IMG/VR virus record: IMGVR_UViG_3300050821_016057
Location: 1 to 64,000 of that record
DNA length: 64,000 nt
Origin: a virus
Direction: 5' to 3' (one strand)
The notes below the pieces were generated by a model, which was not told the DNA's origin, ran no database searches, and saw nothing but the letters and a program-made list of their open reading frames with translations. This document shows, in pieces, positions 45,202-52,769 of this stretch (its first letter is position 1; each line of letters opens with the position of its first letter). Position numbers and translations under genes: made by a program.

Positions 45202-48200
45202 ATGGCGAAGGACAGGGAGTACGTGAACGCGTTCGTGGACGGGCAGGACCTGGTCCGGCTGTTCCGGGAGCCGGGCGGTCAGGTGATGGCGGTCCGGAAG
45301 CCGGCCGAGTGGAGCGGGTTCATCCGCAGGGACGAGGTGGCGCCCGAGCTGGTCCGGGAGCTGAGGACGAGCGCGGTCATCCGGGGGATCCGGGAGGAGG
45401 GCGCGCACCTGCGGCTGACGTGGACGAGCCCGGAGGTGCGCCGGCAGTATTGCACCCACCCCGAGTCGCCGCTCCAGAAGGGCGGGGTGACCGTCTACGA
45501 GGGGGACGTGGACCCGGTGCGCCGGCACTTCACCGACACCGAATCGAGGATCGCCCGGCCGCGCCGCTGCTACCTGGATATCGAGACCGACAGCCGGGTG
45601 CCGTTCAGCCGGAAGGAGGAGATGCGCCTGCTCAGCTGGGCGGTGGTCGACCACGACACGGGCGAGCGGTGGAGCGGGGTGCTGGGCGAGTGGAGCGACC
45701 GGTCGGAGCGGGAGCTGCTCAAGGGGATGTGGGCCGCGCTGGGGCCGTTCGACCAGGTGTGCGGGTGGTACCTGGACGGGTTCGACGCGCCGGTCGTCTT
45801 CGCTCGGTCGGCGCTCCACAAGCTGCCGACGGACGCGCGGCGGTGGCTGTGGTTGGACCACCTGGAGGTGTTCCGGAAGATGAACCAGCACTCGGCCGAG
45901 TCTGGTGATGAGAAGCGGAGCATGCGCCTGGAGGACATCGGCCAGTCGGTGACCAAGCGGGGCAAGCTCAAGACCCCCGACTGGGTGGTGGCCCGGTTCG
46001 GGGACCGGAGCATGGGCGAGCTGTCCTACCAGCTCTGGGAGGCGGGGGGCGAGTTCCGGGACCTGCTGGTCCGGTACAACGAGGAGGACACGGACCTGCT
46101 CCGGCTGATCGAGCTGGAGACCGGGTACCTGGACCTGTTCGGGACGCTCTGCGAGGCGTGCCGGCTGTTCGCCGACACCCGGAGCCTCAACCCGACCCAG
46201 CAGATGGACGGGTTCATGCTGCGCCTCGGGTCGCGGCGGGACTACCGGTTCCCGACCAAGCTGTTCAATAACGCGGGCGTGAAGTTCAAGGGCGCGTTCG
46301 TCATGCAGCCCACCGTGCTCGACAAGGGCTGGAGGGACGAGCACGGGATGCGGGACGGGATCCTTCGCAACGTGCACGTGTGCGACTACTCGGCCATGTA
46401 CCCGTCGATCATCCTGACTTGGAACATGAGCCCGGACACCAAGGTGTGGAGCGGGCCGGCCAACGGGCCGATCCCGGAGGGGATGTGCCGGGCGCCGCTC
46501 ACCGGGATCTGCTTCCGGACCGGGGTGGAGGGGATCCTGCCCACCGCGATCAAGGAGATGCTCCGACTGCGGAAGTACTGGAACGACTTGAAGGCGAGCC
46601 TGCCGCCCGGGACGCCCGAGTGGCATGACGCCGACCGGAGGAGCACCGCCTACAAGGTGGCGGTGAACGCGTTCTACGGGGTGGTGGGGAGCCCGTTCAG
46701 CCGGTTCTTCGACAAGCAGATCGCCGAGTCGGTCACGCAGTGCGGGGTGTGGCTGCTGAAGCGGACCTTGCACGAGGCCGAGCAGCGCGGGTTCCAGGCC
46801 GTGTACGGGGACACCGACTCGGGTTTCGTGGCCGGGGTGGACCGGCTGGTGTTCGCCGAGTTCGTCCGGTGGTGCAACGACGAGCTGTACCCGGGGATGC
46901 TGGCCGGCCAGCAGTGCACCGAGAACCACGTCAAGCTCGCGTACGAGAAGGAGTTCGACCGGATCGTGTTCACGTCGGCCAAGAGATATTGTGGTAATTT
47001 CCGACATTATAAGTGGTCGACCACCTGCACGTGCGACGTGACCAAGAAGGGCAAGACCCAGCCGGGCGCGCTCGACGTCAAGACGATGACCTGCAAGGAC
47101 TGCGGGACCCGGCACGACGTCCTGCCCCCGATCCGGAGCGAGCCGGAGATCAAGGGGATCGAGTACAAGCGGGGGGACGTGCTCAAGATGGCGGCCGACC
47201 TGCAGGCGGTGGCGATCGACATGCTGGTGGGGGGGCTGCAACGGTCGGAGTCGGGCGTGACCGAGCGGATGGAGGACTACCACGGGGTGCTGAGCCGGAT
47301 CCGGCAGCGCGTGCTCGAGCACCCGCTCGAGCTGGGGGACGTCAAGCTGTCCAAGGGGCTCAGCAAGCCGCTCAAGGAGTACGTGGCCAAGAAGAAGCAG
47401 GACGGGGAGGACGCGGGCCAGCCCCCGCACGTGGTGGTGGCCCACTTGCTGAAGCAGCGCGGGCAGGACGTGCAGCCCGGGACGCGCATCGACTACTTCG
47501 TGCAGGACGGGGCGGCGAGCCCGATGCGGGTGTTGCCGGCCGAGGACTGGAAGGGGGAGTGCGACCGGTACTACCTGTGGGAGTCGCTCGTGTACCCGCC
47601 GACCCAGCGGCTGCTGGAGGCGGCGTTCCCGGACCGGGGGTGGGACGAGTGGGCGAAGGTCCGCCCCAAGAAGCCGACGAGGGCCGAGCTGAAGGCGGCC
47701 GCCCAGCCCGACCTATTCGCGCCCAAACCCAAGGCCTCGGCGACCCCCGGGAGGGCTCTGGCGACCCGGAGGCGCCCTACCCCCCAGGTGGAGCTGCCGG
47801 AGGCTCCTAGGGTCATCCAGGCGCCAGCAGCGGGCCCGCCGGCTGCCGCCGATCGCCCCGTACTGGCCGAGGTGCTGCCGGCTGAGTCGTTGCTGCCTAC
47901 TGAGCGGGAGATGTTCCAGGCGCTGAGGGACGCGCCGATCCCGACCTTTCGGGAGCTGTATCACCTACCGGAGCCGTACGTGCTCCGGGTGGACGAGGCG
48001 TCGCTGGGGGACAGCCCGGTCGCGTACGAGAGCATGCTGCTGTCGCTGCGGGCGGTCTTGCTCCGCCACCCTGGCGAGCATCCTTTGGACCTGGTTCTGC
48101 GCCTTCGGTCGGGCGCGGAGGCGGTGCTGTCGCTGCCCTACCGGGTTCGGGTGTCGCCCGTGCTGGAAGACGAGCTGTCTGGGTACCGGGCGCGGCATAA

Positions 48201-48264
48201 GGGTACTCATGAAGAAGCGGAGCGAGGTGGGAAAGGCGCTGGAGGGGGCTCAGAAGCTGGTTGA
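45202..48264 (+). CDS. polB: Family B DNA polymerase with C-terminal extension
   Basis: Exo I DIETD; DYSAMYPSI; KVAVNAFYG; YGDTDS; KRY; KGIE. Confidence 0.95.
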   Translation: MAKDREYVNAFVDGQDLVRLFREPGGQVMAVRKPAEWSGFIRRDEVAPELVRELRTSAVIRGIREEGAHLRLTWTSPEVRRQYCTHPESPLQKGGVTVYEGDVDPVRRHFTDTESRIARPRRCYLDIETDSRVPFSRKEEMRLLSWAVVDHDTGERWSGVLGEWSDRSERELLKGMWAALGPFDQVCGWYLDGFDAPVVFARSALHKLPTDARRWLWLDHLEVFRKMNQHSAESGDEKRSMRLEDIGQSVTKRGKLKTPDWVVARFGDRSMGELSYQLWEAGGEFRDLLVRYNEEDTDLLRLIELETGYLDLFGTLCEACRLFADTRSLNPTQQMDGFMLRLGSRRDYRFPTKLFNNAGVKFKGAFVMQPTVLDKGWRDEHGMRDGILRNVHVCDYSAMYPSIILTWNMSPDTKVWSGPANGPIPEGMCRAPLTGICFRTGVEGILPTAIKEMLRLRKYWNDLKASLPPGTPEWHDADRRSTAYKVAVNAFYGVVGSPFSRFFDKQIAESVTQCGVWLLKRTLHEAEQRGFQAVYGDTDSGFVAGVDRLVFAEFVRWCNDELYPGMLAGQQCTENHVKLAYEKEFDRIVFTSAKRYCGNFRHYKWSTTCTCDVTKKGKTQPGALDVKTMTCKDCGTRHDVLPPIRSEPEIKGIEYKRGDVLKMAADLQAVAIDMLVGGLQRSESGVTERMEDYHGVLSRIRQRVLEHPLELGDVKLSKGLSKPLKEYVAKKKQDGEDAGQPPHVVVAHLLKQRGQDVQPGTRIDYFVQDGAASPMRVLPAEDWKGECDRYYLWESLVYPPTQRLLEAAFPDRGWDEWAKVRPKKPTRAELKAAAQPDLFAPKPKASATPGRALATRRRPTPQVELPEAPRVIQAPAAGPPAAADRPVLAEVLPAESLLPTEREMFQALRDAPIPTFRELYHLPEPYVLRVDEASLGDSPVAYESMLLSLRAVLLRHPGEHPLDLVLRLRSGAEAVLSLPYRVRVSPVLEDELSGYRARHKGTHEEAERGGKGAGGGSEAG
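48192..48201 (+). promoter_or_regulatory. Class II motif GCGGCATAAG, leaderless
   Basis: 7 nt before ATG 48209, inside polB 3' end. Confidence 0.65.
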
Positions 48265-48805
48265 GGAGACGTCGGGGGTGGTGGTGGACCGGAAGGTGGA
48301 GGCTAAGCAGCACCCGGTCGAGTTCCCGTCGGCCAACCGGGCCCGGGAGGTGCCGCTGGAGCCCCAGTTCGAGTGGGTGCTCGAGCAGGTGTTCGTCAAG
48401 GACATCCGGGGCGCGTACCAGCGGGTGATCGAGTTCGTGAACCGGAAGGGGGGGCGGACCAAGCTGGACGTGGACGAGGCCAACACACTGCTCAGGAAGG
48501 CGCACGACCTCCTGATGACGGCCAGGCGCGAGCGGTACCGTTGGGAGCTCGACAACAAGGTCGTGTTCGCGGCCTGCTACGAGCGGGCGGTGCTGGACCT
48601 GCAGCGCGAGAAGGCCTCGGGCGAGCGGTCCAAGCAGATCACGGACGCCGACACCGAGAACCGGTTCGCGCTCATGTACCCGGACGAGTGGCGCCACCAG
48701 GAGCTGAAGAAGCGGGAGGTGAAGATCCTGGAGGAGTCGATGGCCAATCTCGTCCAGGTCATGGAGCAGACGTGCAGGAACATGGGCTTGACGGTCAAGC
48801 CGTAG
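48209..48805 (+). CDS. Helical protein, possibly UvsY-like recombination mediator
   Basis: KQITDAD.E motif; lies before SSB and RecA. Confidence 0.5.
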   Translation: MKKRSEVGKALEGAQKLVEETSGVVVDRKVEAKQHPVEFPSANRAREVPLEPQFEWVLEQVFVKDIRGAYQRVIEFVNRKGGRTKLDVDEANTLLRKAHDLLMTARRERYRWELDNKVVFAACYERAVLDLQREKASGERSKQITDADTENRFALMYPDEWRHQELKKREVKILEESMANLVQVMEQTCRNMGLTVKP

Positions 48806-48819
48806 GGCAAACGAAGGAA

Positions 48820-48837
48820 CCCAAACCCGGGTTTGGG
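48820..48837. repeat. 18-bp palindrome copy 13
   Basis: Exact; intergenic. Confidence 0.97.
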
Positions 48838-48852
48838 AGAAAGACGACAGAC

Positions 48853-50280
48853 ATGGGTATCGACGATTTCCTCTCGCACCGGTCCAGCGACCGGGGCGCC
48901 TACCTGACCAAGTGGAAGGATGACGGGAAGGTGAACACGTGGATGCACTGCGAGCGGCTGCCGATGGCGGTGTGGCGGCACGGCGGCATCCCCAAGGTGG
49001 TGGTGCTGGAGGACAAGAAGACGGGCGAGTCGGTCCGGCACGTCTGGTCGGGCGAGTACGTGTGCCACGAGGACGAGAGCGTGCTCAAGAAGCAGTACAA
49101 GCTGAACCCGGACGGGTCGCGCGAGGTGCCGCCCGAGTACTGCCCGGACTGCCGGCTGGCCGACTACGCGCGGCGCCTGGTGGGGAGCGGGCGCAAGAGC
49201 TGGATGGACCCGCTGTTTGAGTGGGAGGCGGACGACCCCAAGGAGAACCTGACGCTCACGGCGGGCGGGATCTTCATGTCCAGGAAGGCGTTCGACGAGC
49301 TGGAGCTGGACGAGGACGACACGAAGGAGATGCGGAAGCGGGGCATCGTCATCAAGGACATGTGGAAGCAGAACGTGTTCGCGAAGATGAGCTACCTGTT
49401 CTGCGTGGTGGATGACGCCCACCCGGAGTCGGGCGTCCAGAAGGCGTTCAATCCGCAGTCGCTCGGGGACGCGGTCAAGGACGTGATCGCGGACCGGAGG
49501 GAGTCGCTCGGCCTGGAGGAGGGGGACCCGACTCTCAACCCGTACTGCATCCAGTGGCAGTACCGGGAGAAGGAGAAGAACTTCAAGGACAAGTACCACG
49601 CGCTCGTGATGGAGAAGATCAAGCTGACGAGCGCGGTCGAGCGGCTGATCACCGGGCCGGCCCCCGACATCTCGCGGGACACCCAGCCGTTCAACATCGT
49701 CGAGCACCGGGCGTTCCTGGAGGAGGCGGCGGCGGTCAAGCTGCCGTGGGACCAGATCTTCGACGTCAAGAAGCGGGTGGTCCGGGAGGCCGAGGAGGAG
49801 CCGCGCCCGCCTCGCGCGTCTAAGGCGAAGCCAAAGGAAGACGAGCCCGAGCCCCGGCCGTCCAAGCAGGTGAAGGGGAAGAAGCGGTCGCCTATCCCGG
49901 ATGAGGACGATGAGAACGCGGTGGCGTGCGAGGCCCCGATGGAGAACGGGGAGGAGTGCGGCCGGCCTATGTGGGCGGACGACCTGGACTGCCCGCACTG
50001 CGGGGCCCACTACGACGAGTCGGGTAAGCTGATCGAGAAGGAGAAGCCGAGGGGCAAGCTTCGCAAGCGGAGCGAGGCGGCGGAACCCGAGGAGGAGAAG
50101 CCGGCTGCCAGGGCGTCCAAGAAGGCCAAGCCGGCGCCCGATCCCGAGCCGAGCAAGCCCATGCGCGAGCCCGGGGACGACTCGGAGGAGGACGACGATC
50201 CGTTGCCTTTTGCTTGGTGTGAGGTCGGCCCCGGGGAACGTTGGAATGCGGAGCGGTTGCCGCGGTGGTTGCGCGGATGA
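48853..50280 (+). CDS. gp32-like single-stranded DNA-binding protein
   Basis: H...C...CPDC zinc site; charged disordered C-terminal half; DSEEDDDPLPF acidic motif; before recA. Confidence 0.65.
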   Translation: MGIDDFLSHRSSDRGAYLTKWKDDGKVNTWMHCERLPMAVWRHGGIPKVVVLEDKKTGESVRHVWSGEYVCHEDESVLKKQYKLNPDGSREVPPEYCPDCRLADYARRLVGSGRKSWMDPLFEWEADDPKENLTLTAGGIFMSRKAFDELELDEDDTKEMRKRGIVIKDMWKQNVFAKMSYLFCVVDDAHPESGVQKAFNPQSLGDAVKDVIADRRESLGLEEGDPTLNPYCIQWQYREKEKNFKDKYHALVMEKIKLTSAVERLITGPAPDISRDTQPFNIVEHRAFLEEAAAVKLPWDQIFDVKKRVVREAEEEPRPPRASKAKPKEDEPEPRPSKQVKGKKRSPIPDEDDENAVACEAPMENGEECGRPMWADDLDCPHCGAHYDESGKLIEKEKPRGKLRKRSEAAEPEEEKPAARASKKAKPAPDPEPSKPMREPGDDSEEDDDPLPFAWCEVGPGERWNAERLPRWLRG

Positions 50281-50323
50281 AGTGCTGTCCCGCGCACCAC
50301 GGGCTCCACCATCGAAAGAAGTA

Positions 50324-50333
50324 GCGGCATAAG
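50324..50333 (+). promoter_or_regulatory. Class II motif GCGGCATAAG
   Basis: Upstream of recA-like gene. Confidence 0.6.
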
Positions 50334-50356
50334 GGGCTGAACCGAGGGAGACGAGA

Positions 50357-51529
50357 ATGGCCAGGAAGCCGGTGCGGTCGAGCAAGAGGGGGGCGCGGGA
50401 GTTGACCGCGCTTCAGGAGGTCAGGCAGGCGTTCGCCGGGTTCCGCCCGGCGAGCGAGGTGCTGACCGAGGTCAGGGCCGTCCCGACTTGCTTCATCCAG
50501 GTCGACCACGCGCTCAAGGTCGGCGGCTGGCCGATCGAGCGGTTCACGCTCGTCCACGGCCCGAGCAACCACGGCAAGACCCTCTTCTGCGCCGGGCTGG
50601 TGATGTCGTTCCTGCGCCGCGGCGGGCAGGCGCTCTGGCTGGACGCGGAGCGGACCAGCCCGATCACGTGGTTTCGCACGCTGATGGGCGAGTGGGCGGA
50701 CTCGGCCGACTTCCACGCGCAGCGGCCCGACACCTACGAGGGGGTGATCGCGGACGTGCGCAACTACCTGAACGCGGTCATCCGGCTGAAGCAGGAGGGG
50801 AAGATGGACCGGGACCGACCGGTCATCCTGGTGTGCGACAGCCTGAGGAAGCTGGTGCCCAAGAACATGATGAAGGAGATCCTGGAGGCCGAGAAGCAGG
50901 CGACCGAGTCCGGGATCAAGGGCGGTCAGGACCGGTCGGGACAGCTGCGGGCCAAGATGAACGCGGCGTGGATGGACGAGCTGGTGCCGCTGCTCGAGAA
51001 GGCGGGCGGGGTGATGGTGGCGATCGCCAGGGAGATGCAGGACCCGGACGCCGACCCGATGAGCCGGAAGTGGGGGAACGACTACAAGATCGGCGGGGGC
51101 GGGGCGATCTACTTCGACAGCTCGGTGGTGGCCCGGGTCGAGCGGGCCTCGTTCGTCAGCCACGGCGAGCAGAAGGACAAGCGGGTCTACGGGGAGCGCC
51201 ACCGGGTGACGATCAAGAAGACCAAGGTGGCGGCCAAGGACGACAAGGTGCAGGTGGGGTACTTCCACTCGAGCAACGGCAAGCTGGTGCCCGAGGGGTT
51301 CGACCGGGCCCGGGACGTGCTCGAGCTGGCGATCCGGTTCGGGATCGTCCGGCTGGCGGGCGCCAACTACTCGCATGCTGGGAGGAAGATCGCGTCGGGC
51401 GCGCACAACGCGGTCGTGCAGCTGACCGACAGCCCGGACTGGCTGGACGAGATCGAGGCGGAGGCGCGCGAGCAGCTGGGCGCGCACAAGCCGCCCGAGG
51501 AGAACGAAGTCACCGGGGAGGTGGAGTGA
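50357..51529 (+). CDS. recA: RecA/UvsX recombinase
   Basis: LKVGGWP, GPSNHGKT, LDAE, VCDS, GGGAIYFDSS, KKTKV. Confidence 0.92.
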   Translation: MARKPVRSSKRGARELTALQEVRQAFAGFRPASEVLTEVRAVPTCFIQVDHALKVGGWPIERFTLVHGPSNHGKTLFCAGLVMSFLRRGGQALWLDAERTSPITWFRTLMGEWADSADFHAQRPDTYEGVIADVRNYLNAVIRLKQEGKMDRDRPVILVCDSLRKLVPKNMMKEILEAEKQATESGIKGGQDRSGQLRAKMNAAWMDELVPLLEKAGGVMVAIAREMQDPDADPMSRKWGNDYKIGGGGAIYFDSSVVARVERASFVSHGEQKDKRVYGERHRVTIKKTKVAAKDDKVQVGYFHSSNGKLVPEGFDRARDVLELAIRFGIVRLAGANYSHAGRKIASGAHNAVVQLTDSPDWLDEIEAEAREQLGAHKPPEENEVTGEVE

Positions 51530-52269
51530 TGAAGATGCTCCTCACCTCCGACTGGCACGCCGACGCCAAAACCCTGGGCAGGTCCAGGTTCGGGGACGTG
51601 GACCGGGCGGTCCGGCAGACCGTGGACGCGGCGATCGAGCGGCGGGTGGACTGCTGGTGCTTCCTGGGCGACCTCTGCGACCCGGACAGCGGGAGTGCGG
51701 CGTTCCGGTCGGTCGAGCTGGCGGTGAGCACGGCGATGGAGTTGAGCCGGGCCGGCATCATCAACATCTGGGTGGCGGGTAACCACGACGTGATCGAGGA
51801 CGGGTCGGGCGACACGACGCTGAGCCCGCTGCGCCCGCTTTACATGGAGGGGTCGTTCACCAAGCTGTTCGAGCGGCCCGGCCACCACATGCTCGCACCC
51901 GGCTACCCGGAAGGGGTGACCGTGCACGCGCTCCCCTACACGGCGACCAGCCACCCCTACAGCCCGGCCGGGGAGTTCGACGGGGTGGACCTGCGCAGGG
52001 GCAGGCACGTCGTGCTCGCCCACCTGATGGTCCGGGGGGTGGAGCCGGGCGAGGAGACGAACGAGATGCCGCGGGGCCGGGACGTCGTGTTCCCGCGGGA
52101 CCTGTTCCCGACCGACATGTCGTGCGTCCAACTGGCGAACGGGCACTACCACCGCCAGCAGGTCCACGAGGTGTCGGGGCGGCGGCCCGTCCTGATCCCG
52201 GGGGCGGCGGCCCGGTTCACGTTCGGGGAGGGGCAGAACCTACCCGGCTACATGATCGTGGAGGTCTGA
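51529..52269 (+). CDS. SbcD/Mre11-like metallophosphoesterase
   Basis: SDWH, GDL, GNHD, LAHL, GHYH. Confidence 0.9.
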   Translation: MKMLLTSDWHADAKTLGRSRFGDVDRAVRQTVDAAIERRVDCWCFLGDLCDPDSGSAAFRSVELAVSTAMELSRAGIINIWVAGNHDVIEDGSGDTTLSPLRPLYMEGSFTKLFERPGHHMLAPGYPEGVTVHALPYTATSHPYSPAGEFDGVDLRRGRHVVLAHLMVRGVEPGEETNEMPRGRDVVFPRDLFPTDMSCVQLANGHYHRQQVHEVSGRRPVLIPGAAARFTFGEGQNLPGYMIVEV

Positions 52270-52270
52270 G

Positions 52271-52768
52271 GTGGCGAGGAAGAAGAAGGACTTGGGCCCG
52301 ATAAAGATCCGGCCGTTCGGGGACTTGGTTATCGCAGCTGAAGTGCCGTTCCCAAACCCGGGTTTGGGGGCGAGAGTTCCCGCGTGGGGAGCGTTCGAGC
52401 TGGTGGGGTTTGACACCCCGCTCGCGCTGACGATCGGGAAGGACAGCGTGATGTGGGTCGATTCCGAGTCGTGGCTGTCGACCCCCCCGAGTCTCGGTGG
52501 CGCGTACGTGAGGATCGACCCGCCCGCATGGGCGACCGACGAGCAGGTGGAGCGGGCCCGGTTCCTGGTCGCGCAGGCCGGGGCGTGCGCGGTGAGGGTG
52601 CTGCCCCGCCCCAGGGCGGCCCCGATGGTCCGGGAGGCCCGGGAGCCCGCCCGGGCCCGGGAGACCCTCAGGGAGGCCGTCCTGGCGGTCAGCGGGGGGG
52701 TGGCGTCGAGCGACCGGGCCGCGCTGGACCGGGTGGTCGAGGGAGTGCTGGGAAAGGTGGGTCTTTAA
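52271..52768 (+). CDS. Putative detached SbcD C-terminal region
   Basis: GAYVRI...AGA.AV.V... pattern between sbcD and sbcC. Confidence 0.5.
   Translation: MARKKKDLGPIKIRPFGDLVIAAEVPFPNPGLGARVPAWGAFELVGFDTPLALTIGKDSVMWVDSESWLSTPPSLGGAYVRIDPPAWATDEQVERARFLVAQAGACAVRVLPRPRAAPMVREAREPARARETLREAVLAVSGGVASSDRAALDRVVEGVLGKVGL
52351..52368. repeat. 18-bp palindrome copy 14 (inside ORF)
   Basis: Exact; read as PNPGLG. Confidence 0.97.
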
Positions 52769-52769
52769 G

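Noticed and set aside
47722-47730. Half-sites CCCAAACCC (also partial at about 63333 and 6005)
   Set aside because: Only half the palindrome and explained by Pro-Lys-Pro codons
50212-50247. 2A/StopGo peptide or mini-intein for the AWCExGPGERWN tag
   Set aside because: Lacks NPG-P; 2A skipping is not known in bacteria; far too short for an intein
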